Assembly (NCBI GenBank): GCA_964524395.1
Contig: CAZGCS010000003.1
Location: forward strand, 1-31,645
Origin: an uncultured Mageeibacillus sp.
GTDB lineage: Bacteria; Bacillota; Clostridia; Saccharofermentanales; DTU023
Direction: 5' to 3'
Length of the DNA stretch: 31,645 bases
The position numbers were made by a program, and so were the translations under genes. The notes under the pieces are model-generated. The model saw nothing but the letters and a program-made list of their open reading frames with translations, did no database searches and had not been told where the DNA came from. This document shows, piece by piece, positions 1 through 8,128 of the stretch. Every line of letters starts with the position of its first letter. Position 1 is the stretch's first letter.

Positions 1-261
1 CGGATTGGAAAAATCCAGGGATTTGACCCGGATCAGGACACCATCCCGTTCGACAACGATTTCCTCCTCAATTGATTCATGGGTCACGGGCGGTTCAGCC
101 GGCAAAGCCGTCTCAACTGAACTTTCTGTTGTCTCCGGCACAGGGCGTTCTGCCGGTTCAGTTTCCCGTTTCCCGGAAGAACCACAAGCAACAAGAAACA
201 AACTGCCGAGCGTTAACAGAATCAAGAGGAAAGATAAATATTTGCGATTAATGGGACCCAC
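1..261 (-). CDS. Putative lipoprotein, 3' end truncated by the window edge; start is GTG at 261 or ATT at 252
   Basis: Open minus-strand frame running off the edge: (MGP)INRKYLSFLLILLTLGSLFLVAC-GSSGKRETEPAERPVPETTESSVETALPAEPPVTHESIEEEIVVERDGVLIRVKSLDFSNP. Basic N-region, hydrophobic H-region, lipobox LVAC, then a Glu/Thr/Pro-rich linker. SD GGGAGGT just upstream. Absent from the ORF track because there is no stop in the window. Confidence 0.8.
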   Translation of the reverse strand, partial: MGPINRKYLSFLLILLTLGSLFLVACGSSGKRETEPAERPVPETTESSVETALPAEPPVTHESIEEEIVVERDGVLIRVKSLDFSNP

Positions 262-378
262 CTCCCGTCGGGCAAGCCCGGAAGGCTGCCGGTTTTTTCA
301 TGCTTAAGCTAGCACCGAAGTGTGGTCTCATGCAGGCGGGATGTTACGTCCGGCATGACAATCGGATCATGCGGAGGA

Positions 379-663
379 TCAAGTTTTATTCTCTGTCTTT
401 TCCGCCCGGGGTCTTTTTTCCACTTGTTTATGAATGAAAAGATCATTTTGTGAGCGCAGCTTCATGCTGCCCTCACGGACATACTGATTGGCCATCTGTT
501 GCTTTCTGACCGACTTGAGTTTGCCCTTCATGCCGCTGACCCCGATCCAGGCGATCAGAAGAGCAATCACCAGGGCGATGGCGGCTGCAGTCAGTCTTGA
601 CCCCAGGGCAGGTGATCCGGAGGCCTGGAGGATGAAAGCTGTCAGGGTGATGAGTGTGTTCAT
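379..663 (-). CDS. Small membrane protein resembling the C-terminal TM plus cytoplasmic tail of YdjH/TPM-domain proteins, without the TPM domain
   Basis: 94 aa with strong SD (TAAGGAG, 5 nt, ATG) fused to the upstream stop. TM helix LTAAAIALVIALLIAWIGV, then tail MKGKLKSVRKQQMANQYVREGSMKLRSQNDLFIHKQVEKRPR, matching the pattern I recall for the tail of clostridial TPM proteins encoded next to YdjG homologues. Confidence 0.7.
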   Translation of the reverse strand: MNTLITLTAFILQASGSPALGSRLTAAAIALVIALLIAWIGVSGMKGKLKSVRKQQMANQYVREGSMKLRSQNDLFIHKQVEKRPRAEKTENKT

Positions 664-672
664 GTATTCTCC

Positions 673-1746
673 TTAACGCACCAGAAGCTGGGAAATCGCC
701 ACCAGGATGAGGGCGGCAATGCCGAAGATCTTTAAGAACCAAGCCCGGCAGGCTTTCTTGTCCAGGGGGAGATCCCCCACGAATTTACCTGTCTGCCCAT
801 TCATGGCGAAAAGATAATTTTCGTTATCCCAGCTGGTCGAAAGCAGGTAAACGGGAAGCAGCGCGTAGCGGACCCTGCTTTTTGTCAAGGCGATGTCCTC
901 GCGTTTGGGGGAGACAGTGTGATAGCCCTTGACCGTATTGCGGAAAGCCTGGCTGGCGCTCCTTTGGATCCGTTCGTTAGCCCTGGGATAGCAGGACTCG
1001 GCTTCCACATCGTACTTGTTGGCGAAGTAGCCTGCCAGGTAGGCTGTCTGGAAATCCACGGCGTCTTCCAGGTGGAAGGGTTCCAGGGATTCCATCAGGG
1101 TGTCGTCTATGGCCTGGGAGCCATCAACAGGGACCTGGTCAAAGCCCATATCACCTGATCGATGGACATGGTAATGGGAGGTTTCGGTGTAATGGAAGTG
1201 GCTGTCACTCCACCGCCTGACCTTGGTGGCCCCGTAGTCCGCCTTGACATCCGCCTCAGCGTCAAAGAGCCAGAATGGCACGTAGACCCCCTTGATCTCG
1301 TCCAGATGGTTCTTGTCCCGGAAAATCCCGGGGAGTAGTTTCTTGCCTTCGTAATGTCGCATGAGAGCTTGCCTGGCCTCTTCTTTATTGAGCTTGAAAG
1401 GGACGACCAGGTCAGGTTTCAGAGTGCCTGAAAACTTGGAAGGGATGACAACCCTGTTGCCGCAAAAAGGACAGCTGGTGGAGCCCAGGCTCTCCTCGCC
1501 AATGATTTCCCCCCCGCAGGAATTACAAGTATACAGAGCCATGCCATCCTCACCCGCCTGCCATTGGCTGCCCTCGTAGGACCAGCCGGCAGATTCGGTT
1601 GTTTCCTCTTCCAGCAAGGCGTCCATGGCCTCCAGTGCCTCAATGCTGACGGCCGAATCGCAGTAGGGGCAGACCATGTCCCGGGTACCCGGTTCGTAGT
1701 TGAGGGGCCCCGCGCAATTGGGGCATTTGTATTCCATCAGTGCCAT
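673..1746 (-). CDS. ydjG: YdjG-like double zinc-ribbon membrane protein (Firmicute phage-shock-associated; often labelled TFIIB-type zinc ribbon protein)
   Basis: Two zinc ribbons (CPNC...CPYC and CNSC...CPFC); motifs GVYVPFWLFD, DFQTAYLAGYFANKY and FAMNGQTGKFVG, as recalled for B. subtilis YdjG; single C-terminal TM; SD AAAGGA 7 nt before ATG. Confidence 0.85.
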   Translation of the reverse strand: MALMEYKCPNCAGPLNYEPGTRDMVCPYCDSAVSIEALEAMDALLEEETTESAGWSYEGSQWQAGEDGMALYTCNSCGGEIIGEESLGSTSCPFCGNRVVIPSKFSGTLKPDLVVPFKLNKEEARQALMRHYEGKKLLPGIFRDKNHLDEIKGVYVPFWLFDAEADVKADYGATKVRRWSDSHFHYTETSHYHVHRSGDMGFDQVPVDGSQAIDDTLMESLEPFHLEDAVDFQTAYLAGYFANKYDVEAESCYPRANERIQRSASQAFRNTVKGYHTVSPKREDIALTKSRVRYALLPVYLLSTSWDNENYLFAMNGQTGKFVGDLPLDKKACRAWFLKIFGIAALILVAISQLLVR

Positions 1747-1819
1747 GTTTTTTTCCTTTCTTTCAGGTCGGAATACATACAGCTTACAACACTTGATCCC
1801 CGCCTGTAAGTCCCCATCC

Positions 1820-1847
1820 TTGACCCCTCGTTAAAACCTGCTATAAT
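1820..1847 (+). promoter_or_regulatory. Sigma-A promoter of the rimP-nusA-infB operon
   Basis: TTGACC (1820-1825), 16-nt spacer, extended -10 TG-C-TATAAT (TATAAT at 1842-1847). Confidence 0.85.
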
Positions 1848-1871
1848 GTCCTCACGGCGAATTTTGTAGCA

Positions 1872-1897
1872 AAAAGAGCGGGGCTTCCCGCTCTTTT
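1872..1897 (+). terminator. rimP leader hairpin, probable attenuator
   Basis: Perfect 11-bp stem AAAAGAGCGGG-GCTT-CCCGCTCTTTT ending in a U-run, located between the promoter and the rimP start. Confidence 0.75.
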
Positions 1898-1922
1898 CAT
1901 CGTAAGGCCCGTCAGGTGAAAA

Positions 1923-2387
1923 GTGAGTGATCAAAAAACAAATAAAAAGATGATCTTCGAGAATCTGGCTCCGGTAGCCCAGGGAATGGACCTGGCTCTT
2001 TTGGATGTCCTCTACGTTCATGAGGGCGGCCGCACTGTACTGCGCCTCATTATTGATAAGAAGGGCGGTGTGGGGATCGAGGACTGCGAGCGTTTGAGCA
2101 CCGTGGCCGATTCCTTGATTTCCGATCAAATGGGTCTGGACGATTTTGATGTCTTTGAAGTGTCATCGCCCGGCATGGACCGGCCCCTGAATACATTGGA
2201 AGACTGCCTGCGCCACGAGGGCGAGTGGGTCCGGATGAGTTTGTACCGGGCGGTGGACGGGGAGAAACGCTTCTTCGGCCAGCTGATGGTCCGGGACGGG
2301 CAGGTCGGGATACGGACGGAAAAAGGAGATGAAAAATTCTTTCCTTTAGAGGAAGTGGCTCGTATTAAACGGGAAGTTGTCTTCTAA
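1923..2387 (+). CDS. rimP: Ribosome maturation factor RimP
   Basis: LRLIIDKKGGVGIEDCERLS and FEVSSPGMDRPL motifs; first gene of the nusA operon; GTG start with AGGTG SD. Confidence 0.97.
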   Translation: MSDQKTNKKMIFENLAPVAQGMDLALLDVLYVHEGGRTVLRLIIDKKGGVGIEDCERLSTVADSLISDQMGLDDFDVFEVSSPGMDRPLNTLEDCLRHEGEWVRMSLYRAVDGEKRFFGQLMVRDGQVGIRTEKGDEKFFPLEEVARIKREVVF

Positions 2388-2408
2388 TCGATTGTGTAAG
2401 GAGCAGAC

Positions 2409-3713
2409 ATGAACCAGGAATTTATCGAAGCGCTGAAGATGCTGGAAAAAGAGCGCGGCGTCGAAATGGAAACCCTGATTGAAGCCATCGAGGACGCTCT
2501 GGTCGCGGCTTATCGCCGCGAATTTGAGATTCGTTCCAAAGACCGCGAAAAAGGGCGGGAGCGTGAAGGCATGCCGGTGCAGGAAACGGAACCCAAGCCG
2601 GTTGAGAACGATGGTATCACCGCCCACATCGACCGGCGCACCGGTGAGATGCGGGTTTACCAGCCCATGGCCGTGGTCGAGGAAGTACGGGATCCCAACA
2701 GTGAGCTGTCACTTGAACAGGCTCACGCCCTGTCCGAGGATTTGGAGCTTGGTGACCAGCTGGTCCGTGAAGTTGATCCCTCGCATTTCGGGCGCCTGGC
2801 GGCCCAGACTGCCAAGAGTGTCATTAACCAGAAACTGGCTCAAGCTGAGAAGATCCGTATTCACGACGAGTTTTCAGGCCGTGTCGGGGGCCTGGCCAGT
2901 GGCATCGTCCAGCGGCGGGACCGCAACGAAGTGCTGGTCGACATCGGACGTGCCCAGGCCATTCTTCCTTACAATCAACAGTCAAGGCTTGACAATTACA
3001 CCTTCAAAAAGCACATGCGTTTCTTTATTCTAAAAGTGGATCAGCGGGACCACCGTCCGATCATCATGGTGTCCAGGAGTCACCCGGGCCTGGTGCGCCG
3101 CCTGTTCGAGCAGGAAGTGCCTGAGATCGGGGCGGGGATTGTGGAGATCGTCAACATTGCCCGGGAGGCGGGGTCACGGACCAAGATGGCTGTGACCAGC
3201 CACGATTCCAATATTGATCCGGTGGGTGCCTGTGTCGGCCAGCGGGGAACCCGGGTCCAGTCCGTCATTACCGAACTGAACGGCGAGAAGATCGACATCA
3301 TTGAGTGGGATCCGGATATCACAGAGTTCATCTCCAGTGCGCTGTCGCCCGCTCGTGTCATCCGGGTTGTTCTGGATGAGGAAGAACAAAGCGCACGGGT
3401 GATTGTGGCAGATCACCAGCTGTCGCTTGCCATCGGCAAGGAAGGTCAAAATGCCAGGTTGGCCGCCAAATTGACTGAGTGGAAAATTGATATCAAAAGC
3501 GAAAGCCAGTATCGGGAGATGCTGGAGGCAGCTTGGATGTCTGACTTTGATGAAGCCGTGGCAGCCGATGAAGCTGAGCGCGGTGAGCTTCCGGACGATG
3601 CTGCGGAACAAGTCGAAGCGGATGAGGTGCTGGTCAACAACGAAGAGTCGGCGGCAAGCTACCTTGACAGGTTGGAAAGCACCATCGATTCGCTGGAGGA
3701 ACCGGAAGCTTGA
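2409..3713 (+). CDS. nusA: Transcription termination/antitermination factor NusA
   Basis: N-terminus MNQEFIEALKMLEKERG; FGRLAAQTAKSVI; S1 domain; KH domains (AREAGSRTKMAV, DPVGACVGQRGTRV, SLAIGKEGQNARLAAKLT). Confidence 0.99.
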   Translation: MNQEFIEALKMLEKERGVEMETLIEAIEDALVAAYRREFEIRSKDREKGREREGMPVQETEPKPVENDGITAHIDRRTGEMRVYQPMAVVEEVRDPNSELSLEQAHALSEDLELGDQLVREVDPSHFGRLAAQTAKSVINQKLAQAEKIRIHDEFSGRVGGLASGIVQRRDRNEVLVDIGRAQAILPYNQQSRLDNYTFKKHMRFFILKVDQRDHRPIIMVSRSHPGLVRRLFEQEVPEIGAGIVEIVNIAREAGSRTKMAVTSHDSNIDPVGACVGQRGTRVQSVITELNGEKIDIIEWDPDITEFISSALSPARVIRVVLDEEEQSARVIVADHQLSLAIGKEGQNARLAAKLTEWKIDIKSESQYREMLEAAWMSDFDEAVAADEAERGELPDDAAEQVEADEVLVNNEESAASYLDRLESTIDSLEEPEA

Positions 3714-3979
3714 AAAAAGAGCCCTTGAGAATGTGCGTCGGATGCCGGGAATCCTTCCCGCAAAGGGACTTGATCCGTCTTGTTGCGTCGGAAGGGAATC
3801 CGGTGATCGATGACCGGCAGAAGCTGCCGGGCAGGGGCGCCTATTTGTGCTGCCGGCCGGCTTGCGTGGAACGGGCTAAAAAAAGACAATCGTTGCAGCG
3901 GGCTTTGAAGTGCCCGGTGCCGGAACAGATATGGATCGGGATTGATCAAGCGGTTGCGGCCGCGAAAGTGGAGGAATGA
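3710..3979 (+). CDS. ylxR: YlxR/RnpM family RNA-binding protein (DUF448)
   Basis: [10 protein letters not shown]...GRGAYLC motif; TTGA overlap with the nusA stop; conserved position. Confidence 0.93.
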   Translation: MKKEPLRMCVGCRESFPQRDLIRLVASEGNPVIDDRQKLPGRGAYLCCRPACVERAKKRQSLQRALKCPVPEQIWIGIDQAVAAAKVEE

Positions 3980-3986
3980 GCTGAGT

Positions 3987-6716
3987 ATGGCAAAAAGAGA
4001 AGAAGCAAATTCAGGGCTCATGTCAGGGTTTATAACAGAAGAAGAACTGCTTCGGCGACAAAAGGAACTCGAGACCCACGACCTGGCTGTCGAGCCGGAG
4101 GAAGCGGTTATTGCGGTTGCCTCTCAAGAAGAGCCGGAGCCGGATCTTCCGTCACCTGAACAAGATCTCAAAGACCTCCCGGTGCCGTCTACCATCGACA
4201 TGCAGGGCATTTCAGGCAAGGTAATTCCTGGGGTCATCAAGATCGTCAAAAAGCCAAAAGTGGCCCCTGAGCCGGAAGTACCGGAACCGGAAGCGTCCGA
4301 ACCGGACATGCCTGTTGCGGATGTGGCGCAGGAAACGGCCGTTGAACCGGAAGTAAAACCTGAAATAGTGCCGGAACCCGTGAAAACCAAAGTGCCGGTT
4401 AAAAAAGAAATTGAAAAAGCGGTGGAAGAAAAACCGGCGCCGCCGGTCGAAAAACGCGAAAGACCCAAACCGGTCAAAAAAGAGCGTAAACCATTGAGTG
4501 TGGCCGAACGGTCCCTGCCCATCACGGAGCGGGCGACCGTGCCGGAGCCGGTGGTGGCGGCTGCGCCGCCACCCTCCAGGCCGCGACCTCTGATCACGGA
4601 AGACGGCAAACCTTTGCGCGCCCAGCGTGGCAGCTACGTAGGCGCCGACCGCGATACACCGGCAGTTGAACGCCAACCCCAGCGGCCCGCGAGGGAGGAC
4701 CGCCGTTCACCACGTCCGGCGGCAGCGCCCCGGCGTCCACAGGAGGCAGCGGCCCCTGCGGTCCAGCCGGTCGTGGAAGCCGAAGTTCAGAAGCCGGGTG
4801 TGGCCAGCCGCCGCAGCCAAAAGGGCAGGGACAGGCGGGCCGAGGACTACCGGGACCGCAGCCGGCGCGAACAGCAGGAAGCTGCCGGGCGCGGAAGCCG
4901 TCGCCGCCGGCCGCGTGCCAGTGATTCTGCGGCGGAACAGCCCAAACGCCCCGTTGCGCAATTGACGAAAGTAACCTTACCTTCCACCTTGACCGTCAAG
5001 GAGTTGGCGGAAGCCATCAAGAAGACCACCGCCGATGTCATCATGAAGCTGATGACCCTGGGCATGATGGCTACCATCAACCAGGAGATTGATTTCGAGA
5101 CAGCTGAGATCATTGCCTCCGAGTTCGGCATCACCAGCGAACGGCTGGTAGAGATCACGGAAGAGGATATTCTCTTTGATGATACAGCTGACAGTGAAGA
5201 GGATCTGATCCCGCGGCCGCCGGTCGTTGTGGTCATGGGCCACGTCGACCACGGCAAGACCTCCATCCTGGACTATATCCGCCACTCCTCGGTCACCGAG
5301 GGCGAGGCGGGCGGCATCACCCAGCATATCGGGGCTTACTCGGTCAATGTCGACGGCCGGACGATCACCTTTTTGGATACACCCGGCCATGAGGCTTTCA
5401 CCACCCTGCGCGCCCGGGGCGCCCAGGTGACTGACATCGCCATTCTGGTTGTGGCGGCTGACGACGGCGTCATGCCACAGACGGTCGAAGCCATCAACCA
5501 TGCCCGGGCAGCTGACACGGAAATCATTGTAGCCATCAACAAGATTGACAAGCCGCAAGGCGATGTCGAGCGGGTCAAACGGGAGCTTTCCCAGTACAGC
5601 CTCATGGATTCCGACTGGGGCGGCCAGACCACCATCGTACCTGTTTCCGCCAAGACCGGTCAGAACATGGACGAGCTTCTGGAGATGATACTCCTTACCG
5701 CTGACGTGCTGGATCTGCGCGCCAATCCCTCACGCCAGGCCAAGGGTACGGTGATCGAGGCCAAGCTGGATCCGACACGCGGACCCCTGGCCACCGTTTT
5801 GATCCAACGCGGCACTCTGCACCAGGGCGACGCGGTTGTGGTGGGCAGCACAGTTGGCCGGATCCGGGTCATGTACAACGATCGCGGCCAGCAGATTGAT
5901 GAGGCGGGACCCTCAACCCCGGTCGAAATTGTTGGCTTGGGGGGTGTGCCGGAAGGCGGGGACATTCTCTACCAGGTAGAAAACGAGCGGATTGCCCGCG
6001 ACCTGGTCGACCGCCGCCGGGAGGAGGATCGCGAGACGGCGCTCCGCCAGACCTCACGGATGTCCCTTGAGACCCTCTTTGACCGTATGGGTGATGAGGA
6101 ACTGATCGATCTCAACATTATCGTCAAGGCCGACACGCAAGGCTCGGTGGAGGCCATGACCTCCTCCATGGAGAATCTGTCCACCGACAAGATCCAGGTC
6201 AAGGTCATCCACGGTGCAGTGGGTGCCATCACCGAATCAGATATCCGCCTGGCCGAGGTGGCCGATGCCATCATCCTGGGCTTTAACGTGAGGCCGGCCG
6301 CAACGGCGGCGCAGATCGCCGCGGCTTCCAACGTCGATATCCACACCTACCGGGTCATCTATGAAGCCATCGAAGAAGTCGAAAATGCCATGCGCGGCCT
6401 TCTGGGTCCTGTCTACCGTGAAGTGACTGTAGGCCACCTGGAAGTGCGGGATGTCTTTCACGCCTCCAGCGTCGGAACCATTGCTGGCTGCTATGTTACA
6501 GACGGTCGTGTCAACCGCAACGACAGCGCCAGGCTCTTACGCGACGGTGTGGTGATTTACGAGACTAAACTCGCCTCGCTGCGCCGCTTCAAGGATGACG
6601 TGCGGGAAGTCGCCGCCGGCTATGAATGCGGGCTCAGCCTGGAAAAGTTCAACGATATCAAGGTGGGAGATACCATCGAGGTCTACACCATGAAGGAGGA
6701 ACAAGCGGATGTTTAA
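3987..6716 (+). CDS. infB: Translation initiation factor IF-2 (909 aa from ATG 3987)
   Basis: G-domain [30 protein letters not shown]; IF2_N motif LTVKELAE; C-terminal [19 protein letters not shown]. Start moved from the track's 3942 to ATG 3987, downstream of GGAGG. Confidence 0.99.
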   Translation: MAKREEANSGLMSGFITEEELLRRQKELETHDLAVEPEEAVIAVASQEEPEPDLPSPEQDLKDLPVPSTIDMQGISGKVIPGVIKIVKKPKVAPEPEVPEPEASEPDMPVADVAQETAVEPEVKPEIVPEPVKTKVPVKKEIEKAVEEKPAPPVEKRERPKPVKKERKPLSVAERSLPITERATVPEPVVAAAPPPSRPRPLITEDGKPLRAQRGSYVGADRDTPAVERQPQRPAREDRRSPRPAAAPRRPQEAAAPAVQPVVEAEVQKPGVASRRSQKGRDRRAEDYRDRSRREQQEAAGRGSRRRRPRASDSAAEQPKRPVAQLTKVTLPSTLTVKELAEAIKKTTADVIMKLMTLGMMATINQEIDFETAEIIASEFGITSERLVEITEEDILFDDTADSEEDLIPRPPVVVVMGHVDHGKTSILDYIRHSSVTEGEAGGITQHIGAYSVNVDGRTITFLDTPGHEAFTTLRARGAQVTDIAILVVAADDGVMPQTVEAINHARAADTEIIVAINKIDKPQGDVERVKRELSQYSLMDSDWGGQTTIVPVSAKTGQNMDELLEMILLTADVLDLRANPSRQAKGTVIEAKLDPTRGPLATVLIQRGTLHQGDAVVVGSTVGRIRVMYNDRGQQIDEAGPSTPVEIVGLGGVPEGGDILYQVENERIARDLVDRRREEDRETALRQTSRMSLETLFDRMGDEELIDLNIIVKADTQGSVEAMTSSMENLSTDKIQVKVIHGAVGAITESDIRLAEVADAIILGFNVRPAATAAQIAAASNVDIHTYRVIYEAIEEVENAMRGLLGPVYREVTVGHLEVRDVFHASSVGTIAGCYVTDGRVNRNDSARLLRDGVVIYETKLASLRRFKDDVREVAAGYECGLSLEKFNDIKVGDTIEVYTMKEEQADV

Positions 6717-7128
6717 TCGATCGGAGCGGATGGGCGATGAAATCCGCCGGATCCTTGCGGCCTTAATCCAGCGCAGGCTGCGCGATCCGCGCATCACCGA
6801 GAAGGTTTCCCTCACGGGTGTCAACCTTTCCAGAGACCTGGCGGTGGCCCGCGTCTACTACAGCGTCTATGGCGACGATGAAGACCGAAAGGGAGCCGCG
6901 GAGGCCTTTGAAAAGGCAGGGTCCTTTTTGCGTCGCGAACTGGCCTCGCAACTCCGGTCCCGCAAGGTCCCGCGCTTGCTCTTTGTCGAGGACTCCAGCA
7001 TCCGCGACGGGGAAGCCATGGATGAACTGATCCGGCGGGTACGCCAGCAGGATGAGGCAGCCGCCTTGCTGCGAATGGAGGAAGAAGAGCATGAAGAAAC
7101 CCAGGGAGGCGGGGAACCGACTGCTTGA
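6709..7128 (+). CDS. rbfA: Ribosome-binding factor A
   Basis: [46 protein letters not shown]; overlaps the infB stop. Confidence 0.97.
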   Translation: MFNRSERMGDEIRRILAALIQRRLRDPRITEKVSLTGVNLSRDLAVARVYYSVYGDDEDRKGAAEAFEKAGSFLRRELASQLRSRKVPRLLFVEDSSIRDGEAMDELIRRVRQQDEAAALLRMEEEEHEETQGGGEPTA

Positions 7129-8128
7129 GGTCGCACTTGACCTGGCCGCCGATGCAGGACACGTCGGCCTTTTTCCGCACGAACGCTATGATGCTGACGC
7201 CATCGGCGCCGCGGTCGCGCTCGCCAGAGCCCTTCGCTCGCTGGGCTGTGTGACCCAAGTTGTGGTTGACGAACCGGTACCCGAATCCTTACAGCACCTG
7301 CCAGGACTGGAGGAATTGCTTCTTTTCAATTCTGCCGCCTGCCCTGTATTCGATCTGGCCCTGGCCCTTGACTGCCACGAGGCGGAACGGTTGGGCGCGC
7401 GGGCTGCCTGTTTTCTGCAGACTCCGCTTCGCGGCGCCATCGACCATCATGTCTATGAGGTGGAGCCCGGCGATCTGGAGCTGATTGACCCGGATGCCTC
7501 TTCGACCAGTGAACTTGTTTTTGAAATGGTCTGGGATCTGGAGCTGCACCTGGGCCGGCCGGTCTTTGACGCGACCATGGCCGTCCTGCTTCTGGCCGGA
7601 ACCATCACCGATACAGGTCGATTTTCCTACAGCAATACCACCCCTCTGGCCCTGCGGCAGGCAGCAGCCATGCTGGAGCGGTTCGACATCGATTTGAGTG
7701 AGCTCAATTACAATCTTTATGAGCGCACTACGGTCGAGCGCCTTCAAATCAAGGGTGATATCCTGTCGACCATCCGGACGGCAGCAAAGGGCCGCATCCT
7801 GTTGGCTCACGCCAGCCGGGCCATGCTGGACCGGCGGGGCGCCCCGGATGATGAACTGTCCAACCTGGCTTCAGAGATTCGGGCGGCTGAAGGATCCGCT
7901 GCCGTCTTCCTGCTGGTTGAAGGGGAGGACGGATCCATCCGGGTCAGCATCCGCTCCAACAGCTGCTTTGACTCGGCTGCCTTCGCCGCCCGCTTCGGGG
8001 GCGGAGGTCATGTCAAGGCCGCCGGCATGACCCTCCAGGGGCTGACCATGAATGAGGCGGAGCGGTTGCTGGCGAGTGAATCGGAAGCCCAGCTTGAGGC
8101 TTGCCTGAACGAAGGCAGAAAAAAATGA
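7091..8128 (+). CDS. nrnA: DHH/DHHA1 phosphoesterase (NrnA-like oligoribonuclease / pAp phosphatase)
   Basis: HERYDADAIG, ALDC, IDHH, ITDTGRFSY and GGGGHVKAAG motifs; conserved position between rbfA and truB. Start set at ATG 7091. Confidence 0.9.
   Translation: MKKPREAGNRLLEVALDLAADAGHVGLFPHERYDADAIGAAVALARALRSLGCVTQVVVDEPVPESLQHLPGLEELLLFNSAACPVFDLALALDCHEAERLGARAACFLQTPLRGAIDHHVYEVEPGDLELIDPDASSTSELVFEMVWDLELHLGRPVFDATMAVLLLAGTITDTGRFSYSNTTPLALRQAAAMLERFDIDLSELNYNLYERTTVERLQIKGDILSTIRTAAKGRILLAHASRAMLDRRGAPDDELSNLASEIRAAEGSAAVFLLVEGEDGSIRVSIRSNSCFDSAAFAARFGGGGHVKAAGMTLQGLTMNEAERLLASESEAQLEACLNEGRKK

Noticed and set aside
5-307. 100-aa plus-strand ORF
   Set aside because: Antisense shadow of the minus-strand lipoprotein gene, which has a signal peptide, lipobox and SD; no recognisable motifs.
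4120-4400. Recurring GAGCCGGA/GAACCGGA units in infB as a tandem DNA repeat
   Set aside because: They reflect Glu-Pro codons in a low-complexity linker, with no regular period.
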